Positions 48,579 to 61,900 of a stretch of 64,000 bases of DNA are shown here, in pieces. Below the pieces are notes generated by a model that saw only the letters and a list, made by a program, of their open reading frames with translations, was not told where the DNA came from and did not search any database. The translations under genes were made by a program, and so were the position numbers. Within the stretch, counting starts at the first letter, position 1; every line of letters begins with the position of its first letter. The stretch comes from Amphiscolops sp. MND2022 (taxonomy: Eukaryota), in contig OZ076421.1 in NCBI GenBank assembly GCA_964187785.1, positions 4,588,001 to 4,652,000 on the forward strand. The letters are read 5' to 3'.

Positions 48579-49656
48579 TTTTAAATCGCCTCAGTCGAAA
48601 CCTCGCCATTTATCACCTTTAAGTAACCAAATCCCCTCCCATAATTGCTCTAATTACCATAATTATTTTCAATGCAATACCCCCCATTGTTCACATGTAC
48701 CAATAAAATACACAATCCATTCTCCTTTACCCCCTCTCTCTCTTTCCCCCGCATTAATTCCCATTCGTATTGAACCCATAACACCATTGTTTTGATCACA
48801 TCGTCTTCTTGCTTTGAAGTTCCGCCATTCCTTTTTAGTTGATCAAAAGACGAAAAAGATGAATGCTTAGTTACCAGACAACTAAGAATCTTGGTCTTTC
48901 ACACTGAACTTCTCTGTCAATCAGACTACCCTTTCTTGCCAATCTTTCAATTCTTAATTACAGTGCATAGGCAAGCTATTTTGCTGCTTGTCGTGGAATC
49001 CGGGACACGAAAATTCCGCTGCTTGTCCGTGGAATGCTTGTTTGTGGAATCCGGGACTTATGACGTAGTTTGCCAATTTTGCACGGTTAAAGGTATGGTC
49101 GTGGAATCCGAGATATTGAAAGCACAAAGTTGCGCTTTGAGCAATAAGGCTTGCCTGTGCACTCTAATGTTATGAATTTCTACCTGTCAATTAAATCTTT
49201 TCCTGCCTCGGAAGAAACTGAAAATAACTATTATACGAAAGTTCATAGACCCTGAAAACATGAAAAATCTAAAATTACCACTAAAATAAAGATAACAATA
49301 CACCTTAAAATTTCTAAAATTTTCTTCTTGTAATCTCAAAATACATCCCCTAGCCTCTTAATTAAATGAATCTATTTAACTACTTTATAAAACAATCTCA
49401 TTAAGAGTAATACCTGACACTGCCCGTAACTCACGAACGGAAAGAAACGAAGACAACTTTATTTTTTCAAAAAAATTTTCTTTTGGATTTTATACCAGAA
49501 ATTGCTAAACTTTCTTTTGTTATTCCTTCTCTTCACACGTATTAAACCAACTTCCGACAATTTGAATAAAACCTCCAATTCCATAAATTCCACTCATAGA
49601 TCTTTAAAACCAACACCAAGTTTAACAATTTCCATTCTTTTCAAAACCCGGTCGGA

Positions 49657-50013
49657 TGATATACCAGATGATATACCAAACATCTCATAACATATTATTA
49701 TCCCCCACCCTCTATATGTCTAGACTTTAGAACAGTGCACCTCATTTCCTTATTAATGAATGTACTCAATTAATATTCTCGATGTAAAATGAATTGTCTG
49801 ACTGTCTGATGTAACTACTTTATATTCAATACCATACATTCTGATCTGTACAACACAACTTGAATTGACTCTTCATAAAATAGTTGTCTTCACTCAAAGA
49901 CCTAATAACTGCAGCTCTATTAGTGTCTATTAATGGACTATTTGTAAACTAAACTAAAAGACCTAATCCTATCTTACCACCTAATAACTAGCAGAACTAC
50001 AAGTACTTTAACA
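49657..50013 (+). repeat. 3' LTR of copy B
   Basis: TGATATACC...GTACTTTAACA, matching 31736-32091. Confidence 0.93.
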
Positions 50014-51574
50014 TTGGTAAACATGGTCTCATCTAGTAGAGATGTCTCATCGTATTGATTTAAGGTAGTTTGCACATGTGGTTGTGGGTTTTCAATTTGT
50101 GTTGATCCGTTGGGTTCTCATAGGTGTATTAAAGCGCTAGCCAGCGGGTTGTGTTCCTCGATAGGTTTATCTGTCTCAGGATTGTTGTCTAGACGTGTCT
50201 TGAGAAATTGAAAGTGTTCCTGGTCATTAAGTTCATCATCCCAGTAAGGGTGACGGTAATATTCAGTATCTATGTAATATGAGTCATATTCTTCGATCGT
50301 GGAAAGTGGTATGATTTTTGGTAGGAAGTCAGCAGTAAAGTCTTAATCCAATTGCGGAAGAGAGTTTTTAGTATTATTTACTATGTTCTTTGTTTGAATG
50401 CGAGCACTAAGGTGAGTGAAAAGCTTTTCTAAAGAATACGTGTGATCCAAGCTATCAAAAAGTTTATTAGAATCGGAGAAAGCAGCAAAAGGAACAGAAG
50501 AAGTCATTTGTAAAACTGATGGAGTAGGTTGGGAAGGAGGCAGATTAAAAGAGTGAGTATGTGTGTGAGATGGTGATAAAATGTTAGGGGATGTTGAAAA
50601 GAGGATGCAGGGATAATTTGAAAACCAGGATGGAGTGATGCATAAGGATCAAACGTGGTAGAGACAGGAGGTAATGAAGAAGGTGGAAGCGTTAGAGAAG
50701 GATTTCGAGAAGTAGAAGATGATGGAGGATTATGAGTAGAAGAAACAATTGAAGGCAAATATGTTTGAGAGGAATGATTTTGAGGTTAGGTAGTAATGGT
50801 AGAATGGATGGAAAGAGAATATTGAGTAAAGATTTGATGAATTCGAGTAGTAGAGAGTTGAATAGTCAACGGTTGTAGGATTTAGCGGTGGAGGAGTGTT
50901 AGATGGAGTGATATGTTGGTGTGGAGAATACGAAGAAGAAGGTTTAGTAGTGAAATGATTAATTGAAGAATGTGGAGTTGGATCAAGATTAGAGGACGAT
51001 TACCAATGCAATGAATGCTTTCTAAAACAATTTAGGTAGAAGGGGTAGTTTGTAAAGATATATCAGAAGTAGTGCCTGATGACAACATTTGAGGATTATA
51101 GGCTTCGTATGATATAACACCTGAGGTGAGATTAGAACTTTTGTTAATACTTAATCGATCTTGAATGAGGTAGTCAAAATGAGTGACAGGAAAATCACGG
51201 ACGTTATCGATAACAAGATATTGTGTTTCAGTGGTAGCAATAAAAAGGAAAGAGTTCAGCTTTAGAAAATTGTGAGGTAGAAATTAACACATGCATCTTG
51301 GAATTCAGTATTCCAAATAAGTTTATAATTGAGTCTGTAATTTGTTTCGAAGAAATAGAGAATAGAACGAATTTGTTTTTTGGTTTGAGAGTTTAAAGTG
51401 AGATTTTGGAAGAAATGATATTGGAAATGATGAAATTGAAGCATATCGGTAGTGAGGTAATGATGGGGAGTATTTTCAATAGTGCGAAGTTGTTCAATAT
51501 TAGGAATTTAAAAAAGGGTTCCTTTTTGAAGGAGTGCTTGGATAACAGAGGGGGTAAACATGTTTGGTGTAAGG

Positions 51575-52835
51575 ACTCCCCTCCTTGGGTTCTATTAGAA
51601 TTGTAGAGAACGAGAATTTCTTTTGAGTCATTTATTTTCGTCCTCGTTGCGCGTTCGATACTTTCTGTATTCCGAGGCCTTCTAGACATTGAAGAGACAC
51701 TCTCTAGCTGTCTGTTCAGTATCGTCTCAACAACTCACTGCATTTGGAGGATTTATTCTATCAACATTGCCGAACTTGTTGCATTCTCAATTTGGAAGTT
51801 CGTCCCTTTCAACAAACTATTTATCGCTTGAGAGATACTTAGGTTTATTTCATCTGACAATATGTCTAAATCCCTTGTTAGGTTCGTATTATTCCTGTTC
51901 TCAGGCATGTATCTCATTATCCTGAAAAAAATTACCTCTCATCGAGTGACTCTTTTCAATTTCTTTCCTATTTAACATGTTAGAAAATCCCGTATCTTTC
52001 TATTTGATTGTACTAACCACTACCCAGCATAACATCCATATTCTCTATGTCTGACAGTATGTCTGCTTCTCTTGACCCCCTTGCTTCTGCTTTTTTGCTT
52101 CTCGTTGAAGTCGTCATTCTTGAGGAAAAGTTAGTAACTTGGCATATTTAATTTCCTGAATTAATAATTCCAAGTGTTCCACTATCACAATGACTGTAGT
52201 TTCGCAGGTTTCAGTTATTGTAGCTTCAGTCGCAAACTTCACAATTTTGTTGTGTCCCCTCTCTCTGGCGCTCAAGTACATATATACTCTGAGTTACATG
52301 ACTTTCATTTTCAGGTTAATCATAGACTAAAACTAGCATAATTACATGACGTGTTATAATGTATTTCTATTTATAGTGGCAACAAAGTAAGGTCGGCCGG
52401 TCTAGCCAATGACGTTTATGCCGCCTACAAAGGGTGTATTTTGATGCCTTCTATAAATAGAACCGTGATGTTTTGAATCGCTCCAGCATAGCACCTCTAG
52501 CACTCTAACCTTCTTAATATGCCATCCATTTTAGTTTCATGTTCATGTGAAATTATATAAACTGCAAGATTGGGTGTAGTGGTTGTGTCCACTAATGTCC
52601 TAAGGACATTCTAAACGACATTATATACAAATTGACCCAATCAACAATACATGCAATTTACATTTTAAATGAGACAATGTATGACATTACGAAACACTAC
52701 TTGACTTATTAGCAATGTAATGTTTCCACACCTCATTAGGGTCTTCTCTTTGTTCAGAGGAGTGGTAGATTTGAGGGTGCAGAGTTTGCCACGAATGCGC
52801 CTTGCGGGATCGCATATACATTGCCATCACAGGCG
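51575..52835 (-). mobile_element. Family-X LTR plus gag-start insert within copy C gag
   Basis: C gag breaks at the LPKH codons near 52835 and resumes at ..PNMFTP near 51570; the insert matches 16500-17520. Confidence 0.68.
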
Positions 52836-53890
52836 GCAGCCTGGGACATGAGGTAAGAGTTTATTCTTTCCCGAGAGATTTTGTTGAGAAATGTGGTAAA
52901 AACACGAGCGATAGGTATATAGATGTTGGCGGGGTAGACATTTTTACGAAGGGTGTCGTTAGGATTAGGATATGAGGTGAAAGGAGTAGAAAAATGAGGT
53001 TCATCAGGAAATTTTTGTTAAAGAATGTGTGTCAATGCAATAAAAATAGGAGTCGTGATGTTCACAGATGAGAGGGATGGTATAAATAACTTCAGGGTAT
53101 GTTTCAAAAAGAAGAGGAACAGTGGAGTTTGAGATAAGATTTTTAAAGAGTTGCACTAGGATTTGTGTGTTTTCGCGGGGAAGGCGAGAACGAGTATCAA
53201 TAGGAGAAAATGGGAGTGGAAGGAGAGGAGAATGTGGGTCAGTCCTCATGAGTGACGATGGGGGCTAAAAATTCGTAAAATGCGATCAAGAAGTACTTCA
53301 GGATCTACACGAGGCTCAGATGGTGGAGGATTAAAATACAGGTATATATTTTGACGTAGGTGGCAAAAATATGGGGGAATGTGGTAATATAAATAGATGG
53401 AGGAGAGAAAGGGAATAGATGCGATGAGGAGGAGTTGTAAAGGGTTGAAGTCTTAGAGAAAGAGAAATATAAATATATGGGGAGAGTTCGAAATTCGATA
53501 GGGGTATGGTACAACAATTTAGGAGTTATTGATAAAAGAGGTGAGTTGCGGAAAGGAAGGCGGTATACGGTGTGGGGATTATTGAATAGTATCAGGAGAA
53601 AGTGGAGTTAATTGAAAAGAGTGGTGAATATTTTCCAACAGGAAGCATTAGAGAAACAATCATGGCAAAAATTTGAGGAAAAAAAAACGAATTATTGTTG
53701 CAAGATTTTCGGTTAAAAACACTGTTTCAGAATTGGAAAAATTTTCACGGGGGATGAGATCAAACATAAATTTGTCGACAACGAGAAGAACAATTGCTAG
53801 AAGACCAAAAAGATACAACAAAATCATTAAAATACAAACAGAATCATTTAAAGGAGGCAATAAAATTGTAGAAAATGTTATGAAATGGGT

Positions 53891-54236
53891 CGTACCAACC
53901 AAATTTTGAACCAAAAGAAGGCTTTTGGTTAGTACAGAAAAGGGTGTACCGACAAATATGTCCAATCAAGAAGGTTATCACTAGTAGTATCGACAGAAAT
54001 CGAACCTGCTTGATTATTACAGAAGGATCGGCCGTACCAGCACGTTGCTGAATCACTCGTATTGATTAGTACAGAAGGTTTAGTTGTACCTGCTCGTTGA
54101 ATTACTATAGCGATTAGTACAGGAGACTTAAATGTACCGACTACGAGGTCGAACCACTTCGAAGAAAGGTTGGTACCGAAGAATTACTGCTAGGTACAGA
54201 CGATTTGTCGAATCACTTGTATTTGTGATTAGTACA
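53891..54236 (-). repeat. Leader array of about seven Y-shaped hairpin units (copy C)
   Basis: Reverse complement shows TGTAC-T-AAYC..-loop-..GRTT-CRRC-loop-GYYG-GTAC units, several degenerate. Confidence 0.82.
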
Positions 54237-54837
54237 GAAGTATTGATTGTATCAGTTTGTAGATTTATGAAACAAAGAAACGGTCAGTACTAAAGGTTGT
54301 AGAAAAAGGAAGAAAAGAAGAGAAGTGCACTGGTCGCACCAGTTAAAGTACTTGTTGGTGTTCAAAGATGTTTACTTTTAGAAGCGAAGTACTTTGAGAA
54401 GACTCTAACAGAGCTGCAGTTATTAGGCCTTGAAATCAGTTGACAACTTGATAGTGAAGAATTTATTAGCGTTGTGAAAGGATATAAATCAAATGTACAT
54501 AATTCTAGTCTAGACAATCATTCAATGGGTGCGGGCGGTTGATGATCAAATACTGAATCATAGGTATATCATTATCTTCACAGAAAGTTATCCTGACTTA
54601 GGAGGATTCAATGGTCTCCCAACTAGTCAAACATACCACTGATTGAGAGTAATTTCGCTACTGCTCCAACTCTTTTTGACAAAAAATTCAAATATGTTGA
54701 GAGTTACTTGGGACTTACGTTGCCCTAGCACTCAACTTGATTACAGATCTTCAACAGTTTTTTGTCTAACGAATTGTTTTACAGTCGTCGTTTGTATTCA
54801 TTTTGAAATTAGAACTCAAGTGGAGGCATAAATTTTC

Positions 54838-55305
54838 TGATATGACTCTCGTCTTACTTTTCGATTAACTCCTCTTGATGTAGTCTGGACTTGTATGATT
54901 ATATATAATGTCTATCATAACTTAAGGCTATGGCGGATGTAAGTACACAAATTCTTCTGGATTCTAAAAGACCTACTTGACATCTTCAGCTCTATTAGCG
55001 CCTTTCAAAGTAACCGCTTCTTCTCTCATCATAATCCAACAAACATACTTCGATCTTTGTGCTTAGCCGGTGCCACCATGCTCGTCTCTTACACACATTT
55101 TTCCAGAATTCGTCTCCGTCACCAAATTCCCAAAGAATATGTTTACCCAACTAACCCTTTCTTTTCATTTAAGGTAAATCATTCTTTCTCTAATTACCTG
55201 CAAGCAGGCTCGACTCTGCATGAAGTTATATCAATTTTTCCGTCGGTATATCAATCTTCTGTACTAACCGAAATTGGTATTTGGTTCGACCCTGTGGTCG
55301 GAATA
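54838..55305 (+). mobile_element. Highly decayed copy D: LTR, PBS remnant and one hairpin unit
   Basis: TGATATGAC start, CTTCAGCTCTATTAG motif, CCGGTGCCACCAT (PBS-like, about 55067-55079), unit TGTACTAACC...GGTTCGAC-CCTGTG-GTCG at 55260-55305. Confidence 0.65.
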
Positions 55306-55530
55306 TATCAAACACCTTCGCTGAACAAACGCCTTTTTTGGTTGGACATTCTCCTTTCGTTGCACAACGGATGAATTTTCTTGCAGGTTTTTCACTTTAA
55401 AGGCCTTCCAACAGCATCCTAGTTTGTATTTTAATTGCTCCCAATGCTATGGTGCTAAATAAAATTGTCATGGATTTTGTCATCGCTGATGGAGTTGCGC
55501 GGCGGCGGCACCTGCGGATAAACATTTCAA

Positions 55531-55590
55531 CCTCCTCCTCCTCCTCCTCCTCCTCCTCCTCCTCCTCCTCCTCCTCCTCCTCCTCCTCCT
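55531..55590 (+). repeat. (CCT)20 microsatellite
   Basis: Twenty perfect CCT units read directly. Confidence 0.97.
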
Positions 55591-56749
55591 CTTCCATTTC
55601 AATGAGTCATCTGAATGACTGAAACTCCAGTCACGAAATTCCGCTCTAGTCACTTCATTTTGCTTGAAAGTCTTAATGATTCTTTTAATTGAAAAAATTT
55701 GAGTTGCTTCTCTCGCTGCCTGGAACACAATAACGGTTGCCTTCATTTCCCCACATTCATCCCCCATCACACTACATATCTCCAAAGATCTCTCTCTCTC
55801 TCTCATCGTATGCGAAGAACAATTTGTCGTTAAAAACACACGACACTTTCAATGAAACCTTTTTTCTCGAAATCCATCTTCCCATTTTACCTCTACCTCA
55901 AAACTCCCCAATCCTTTCCACAAATTCTTTTGAACGAATTAATCATTCACAAACCCCCCCCCCCCCATTCACATGTACATTCACATTTTTGGTAATTCCA
56001 ACTAAATGTAAGGAACTCTTCCTAAAACACCTTCCTCTCTTTCCAATCAGCATACTTCATTAAAAACTCTTCATTCACAGACTCAACAATCAGTCGAACT
56101 CAACTGCATCTGAAGCTTTTTAACCATATCACAAAATCTTTTCTTCAACATTTTTTTGAACTAAAGCATCTCATGAAAACAACCATTTCCTTATGTTTAA
56201 TATTCAAGTACTTTCCGCAAAACTTCAAACTACTCCTTGACTCTTCTCAACCGAACTCTTTTCAGAAAGGACACGTGCGATAACTGTGCGTTCTATGGAA
56301 ATCATTTCCAAAAACAACTTTTTATCAACACCAACGCTGACAACGACATTTCTTTTCAGAATCTACCTCAAGCATAGCATCTCTACACACGCATTTGGTA
56401 TTCCTGACCAAAAATTGTTGGGTCAGATCAACCCCCCCCCCGTTCCCAGATGAGCACTTCTTTACATCCAGCTCTCGGAACCTGAACCGCCCGCCGGCGC
56501 AAAAGACAATAATTAGGAGTTCCCGGCCTAATTGTGGAATCCCAAAAAAGCTTTGTTTTACCAACTTTCAGCTTCATTTCTTTTAAACTTCGAATACTAT
56601 TCAACTATCGAACTAAATCGTTCCATCTTTCAAGAAAATCAACCAATTTGGAATTCAGTTAAATTGAACGGACTTCTGGAAATGTCGAAAAAATTCAACT
56701 GATTTCGAAAATCATTCTTCAATATTTCACACCAGCGAGAATATAAAAA

Positions 56750-57360
56750 TTTCAAATTCCTGAAAACTGTCCATGCGATTACTATAAAATTTATACCAGT
56801 CAGTTTACACCCAAACGTGCTCTTGCGTGAGCAGTAGCATCAAAAGTAGCCAAAATTAGCCCAAAAGACCAAAAACTCAGATTTCGAACTTTTTCCGACT
56901 TTCTCAAAAACTGCCCATACGAATCAAACGAATATTTTTGCACTCATTCTACCATGTAACAGGGTTCTATGTGTGCAATTAGATCAACATGCGAGCTGAG
57001 AAACAACCAAAATTAGTTAAAAAATGACCAAAAAACAGTCATTTTTGGATTTTTTGATTTTCTCAAAAACTGTCCACACGATTCAAACGAATTTTTTACA
57101 GTCGTTCTGTACCATATTAGGGTCCTATGTGTGTCAGTTCATCCAAATCGAATGACTGGGATTTGATCAACATAGCCCAAAATTGAGCAAAAACGGCCAT
57201 TTTAGGACTTTTCCATTTTCGCGAAACTGTAAGCACCATTCGAACGAAAATTTCTACAGCCGTTCTACGCCACATTTAGGTCTTATTTGTGCAATGACAT
57301 CAAAATCGTGTGACTGGAATCTGAGAAACAGCTAAAATATTTCCAAAAAAGATCAAATGA
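56750..57360 (+). repeat. Degenerate tandem repeat, ~155-bp unit, about 4 copies
   Basis: TTCTCAAAAACTG.CCA.ACGA.TCAAACGAA...GGT.CTATGTGTG recurs near 56755, 56900, 57060, 57215. Confidence 0.8.
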
Positions 57361-58265
57361 AAAAAGTAATTTGATTTTAAATCAGTTTACAACTCGTTCA
57401 CATGCACGGTACTGGTTTGAAAGAATTTTGCCGGAATAACGTTCACAAGAAAACGTATGGACGAACCTTCTGCAGTAGGATATGAGCGTGTTCCGAAATA
57501 TCGTACACCACAGACGCAGAACAAATGCACTATATCTGAACTTTTATGTTATTAGAACTAAAAACACCTGCAAAAGTGTAGCCTGCTTTCAAACTAAAAC
57601 CCGATTGGAGCTTTTGTTTGGTCCAATTTTTTTTCTTTTTGAATTTAGTTTACGAAAATAACGTTTTGAAAAACAAAGGAGCTATATCCAAACTTTTGAT
57701 GTTAAATCTGAGCATAAACATTCTACACAAGGAAGAAAGAGAGTCGGTTTTCAAATCTTTCCAGTTTCCATTGTTCTTTCTTCCGATATTGACTTTTACT
57801 GAAAGTGATTTGAGAATAGCGTACATCAGAGAAAGTGAGCAGGATTTCAAACTAAAACATTTCACACCAGCAAGAATGTCTTGCTTTCATGTTATCAATT
57901 TCGATTTTTAGTTTTGTTCCATTTTGAACTTTACTGATTGCGTTTTCCTAATTTACCAGAATATTGTGGACTGAAACAATCAGGGCTAGTTGATTCAACG
58001 AGATGTGATATAAACAAACTGAAACTATCTTGACAACTCAAACTTACTTCCAATTCAAGTTGAACTTCGAAGTTTCTTATGATCAGAGTAGCCAATATCG
58101 TCACAGATTTATTTGAATAATTCTACGTTGTTTGTTGAATGTGAAACAAACGGATCTCGAACTTCATAAAATCAAACCTGACTCTAACAGATATAGTTTC
58201 TATTATCGTACCTTTCGACAATAGGCGCAGATCGACAATAAACGGAGCTCTGGAACAATCTCACA

Positions 58266-58932
58266 ATGAACAAACCCCGATCGATTGAACCAGTTATTAG
58301 GATTGTTTCTAGCGGGAAAACGACTGAGCTTCTCAGTCGGAATAAACAAAACGATCATCTCCAAAAATCTTGCATCGCCGTAAATTACGCAAGTGATTTG
58401 AGATACAACTGGACGCAGGTTGTTTCTAACGACGGGCAATCAGTTGAAACAATTTGGACTTTGACACTTGATCCAATTTATGAGAAACTGGCATAATATG
58501 ATGTTGTAGGTGAAATGTGCTACCTTCCTTTCTCTTTCCTATTATCCAAACGATTGCTCAGAAATCGTTTCAGGCATTGACGAAGGAAAACGTTTCGATG
58601 ACATTGTTGCCTTATGTGACCAATTGGCTATGGCAGGAAAAATAGTCTTTGTCGCTGCACGCATTGGAAATCACCGCGGAGAGGGCTTAAAAAAATTCTC
58701 AATCTCATTTCCAAATTTGATTCAATTAATTTGTTGACCGCTCTTTGTGGCATGTGTTCGAAAGAGAAAAGTTCTTGCACAAGGCATCGAACATTCGTGG
58801 AACCAGAAGAAATAATAATTGGTTCTGAAGTGAAATAATCGCAGTGCCGCAGGTGCTGGAAACTCGGAGAACAAAACAAATGAAAAAGTTGAGCAGTTCA
58901 ACCTCGATCACCAAAACATAATGATCAAGTAA
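58266..58932 (+). pseudogene. TK1: Thymidine kinase (TK1-like) pseudogene with a 64-nt intron (58510-58573)
   Basis: SSGKTTELL P-loop, CIAVNYASDLRY; splicing GT..AG gives YDVV-G-IDEG; GKIVFVAA; ILNLI..LTALCGMC. In-frame TAA before YDVV and frameshifts. Confidence 0.87.
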
Positions 58933-61900
58933 ATAACTTTCATAAGTCCCCGTAAAAGGTAAACATTCATGTTGAACTTCCAACGTTCCCAGTTCGGAAA
59001 GGCTAATGCAGAAAATAGTCCAGTGAACAATTTCAAGGTCTAGAATTTAAAATTTAAGCTAACTTTTGAATGTTGATGTTTAATTGGTGAGTTGCGACTA
59101 ATTCGTTTTTTTTGTGCTATAGAGTTTTCTTACCAATTGTAATTCAAGATATAGAATGTTTGAAAATATTTGAATCAACTTCAACTCAGTGAAGAATTCT
59201 CTTTGCGGTCTTTGTGCTGCACAAGCAAGCGCTGAGTTTTCAGTAACTTGCAATAAGTGATTTTCTGCTTCGAATAAATTTACGGGAATAACGTTTACAA
59301 CAGAATCAATTCGCTATATTCAAACTTTGATGTTATATCGGAACTGAACATATCACATGAAGAAGAATGTGTCTCACTTTCCGTCCGTTTCAAGTTTCGA
59401 CCTTTTGTTTCGTTTCAACTTTAATAGATACTTTTCATGAATTAACAACAATCGCGGGCACTGAAAAAACCTGGGCAAGTTGATTCAACGAGATCAGATA
59501 TACACAAACAGAAACTATCTTGACAACACATCTGTTTTCCAAAAAAGTTGAACGTCCAAGTTTCTAATCATCATAATATTCAATATAATCTGATCAATAT
59601 AATGATCAATTAAATGAATGTTTCAGCGTTGCCTGTTGCAAGTGAACCAAACGGCTCTTGGAAGTGATCAAATCAAACTATACTCAACTAGAAAGGGTTT
59701 TGTGGTTTGCGAACGTTTTGAGCTCCCAACCGAAATATTTCTGATAGATTTTCGTGCACGTTTTATGCTCCTCCCAAGTCGAAAACTTTTGAAGTTGTAA
59801 AAGTCAACGGTCAAACCTATTCTTCAGTCAAAAAGCTTTGTTTACATTACGGGCACTTACGCCAGATTTCTTCAGATCAAAATCGACGTTTCAGACTTGG
59901 AATAATATCAATTTAGAAGCCATGAATGTGAAATGAGAATCTTGTAAAATCTCAGTCGAAGCGCTGTGAACATGCACAAACTTTATGCAGTAGCTCAAGA
60001 GTGTTTTCCGAAAAAACGTGCATCGCAAAGCGCAAGGCTAATGCGCTACATCTGAACTTTTGATGTTATAGTAGAACTAAAAACTTCAAACGAGCGAAAA
60101 TGTGGACTGCCTTCAAATCTAAACATTCAGCATTTCAACCTCGATCATCAACACTTGGTTAGTAACAAAACTACTCTGATTTTTGTATGTAACCCGTGAA
60201 AGTAATGGATTGAAGTTTACTTTCAAAGTTAATCTTATTACAAAATACATGAATTCAAAATATTCCAGCGAACAATCACAGGCGCTTATGCGCACTAGTT
60301 GACTATTGGTTGTGGGCGTTAACTGGTGAGGTTCAACGAAACTTTTTTGTGCTAGAGAGTTTTTTTTCAACACCTTTCCAAGATTTAAAAAGTTTCAAAA
60401 TATTTTGGTCTTTTGTGCTGCACAAGCAAGCACTTTTGGTTGGTGTCAGATAATTAACAATTGATGGATTGGATCAGTGATTCCACTAAGCCAAGAAAAA
60501 TAGCCAACTTACTGAAACCAAACGATCAATTTTAGCAATACCAAAACTAACACGTGGTAGATCATGCGCCGATAAGCGCGGACTAGTTGTCGGATGAGCG
60601 CAGAGCTCTTCAGTTTTGAGCAAAGAACAACGGAAGATCGAAAGATGTAGCGTCTCCGCTCATTGAAAGGAAATTGAGTTTTAGGAAGCTTACAAGGAAA
60701 ACTTGACAGCAAATAAGATCAGTGGTTTGAGTGGTCCTGCAGCTATATACGACATTCATCTGACCTGTATACATCATTGCACTGTACCATTACAGTGGGT
60801 AAGCTGGACACTAGGAGTGCTGGTCTGTTCTGTTGTGAAGTTGAGTTGCTGCAGCAGTTGTTGGCACAATAGATAGAAGACAAGGATAAGAAAACTGACT
60901 AGCAATACTTTGTCTCACAACTTTCCTGAATACTGGCGTGGACGTCCACTGAAGTAAGGAGTAGATGAATAGTTCAACAGAGTGGCCGAGCAGATGTCTC
61001 CCTTGTTAGCACCTTCGTTTGTCTCCGCGAGATGAATTTTGTGAATCCTGATGCTAAATTCGTTTCCCATATATTTGCAAACGATATATTTTAAGTTAGC
61101 AACAACTTTCAAACTTACTTCAAACATCTTGGATTTCTACCAAAAATTTACACCACAAAATAGTAGACATTTATTGTTAAAACCGTGTATTGATTGTGTA
61201 GAAATTAGTCCGGTAACGTTGGGACGAAATCTTGGCAGCAGGTAGGCAGTGTGGCCTGCCTGATTAGTCCTGTAGCTAGATACCATACTCAACTGACATG
61301 TCTCAAGCGACCGAAACACTGGGGTCACGCTACTTTTCTTCGATAGGACAATCTTCAAAGACAAATTATATAAAGTCTTCACGTGAACGCTTCGGGCTTG
61401 ATTCAATTCTCCTCGTCGGCTCGTCATTGAAAGCGACTTCTTCGTTGAAATCTGGTTTTCTAGGCAACTGGATAGAATTCAACCGATTCGGAAAAAAATT
61501 GCGACCTTCACCATGATTTTTGGGTGAGGTGAGGAGTTGAGTTTTTTTTCGAGACTTCACAATTATTGTACAGCTGCTCAAAGTTCAAATACTTGTGCCA
61601 ACCGTACCGTACGAACTCAACTCACTTTTTCGTGGCTTAGGGGAATCACTGATGCAATCCATCATTTGTTAATTATCTGACAACAACCAAAAACGCCTGC
61701 TTGGGCAGCACAAAAGATCACAAAGGAAGTCTTCACGCAGTTGAAAATATTTTAAAACTTTTTATACTTGAAGAGATGTTAACAGAAAAATCTCCAGCAC
61801 AAAACAGGTTTTGTTAAACCTCACCAGTTTACAGTCCACAACCATTATTCAGCTAGTGCTCATAAGCCCCTGAAATTGTTCGCTAGAATATTTCAAATTA

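Larger units (their letters stand above)
31736..50013 (+). mobile_element. Giant (18.3 kb) env-bearing Gypsy element copy B with both LTRs
   Basis: Paired ~356-bp LTRs, PBS, PR-RT-RH-IN order, env and several accessory ORFs. No target-site duplication seen. Confidence 0.93.
50014..54571 (-). mobile_element. Diverged inverted copy C of the giant family (LTR, PBS, array, micro-ORFs, gag 5' part), interrupted by a family-X insert
   Basis: LTR 54342-54571 (TGATATACC...GTACTTTAAC), PBS 54331-54341, ORF-a LPPLNDSVCILMILLYLFGLLAIVLLVVDKF, gag start 53249 (FETYPEVIYTIPLICEHHDSY), gag resumes below about 51570. Confidence 0.87.

Noticed and set aside
31722-50018. TGTTAT at 31722 as LTR start with a CTGG/TTGG target-site duplication
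   Set aside because: The 3' LTR and copies A and C share homology only from TGATATACC, and the two flanks belong to different elements, so no TSD is supported.
55397-55597. Poly-Glu ORF as a real gene
   Set aside because: It is the reverse reading of the (CCT)20 microsatellite; the remaining residues show no recognisable domain.
58266-58932. TK as a Polinton or viral cargo gene
   Set aside because: It has a GT-AG intron that restores the VVGIDEG motif and lies over 40 kb from the Polinton; host origin is more parsimonious, though not proven.
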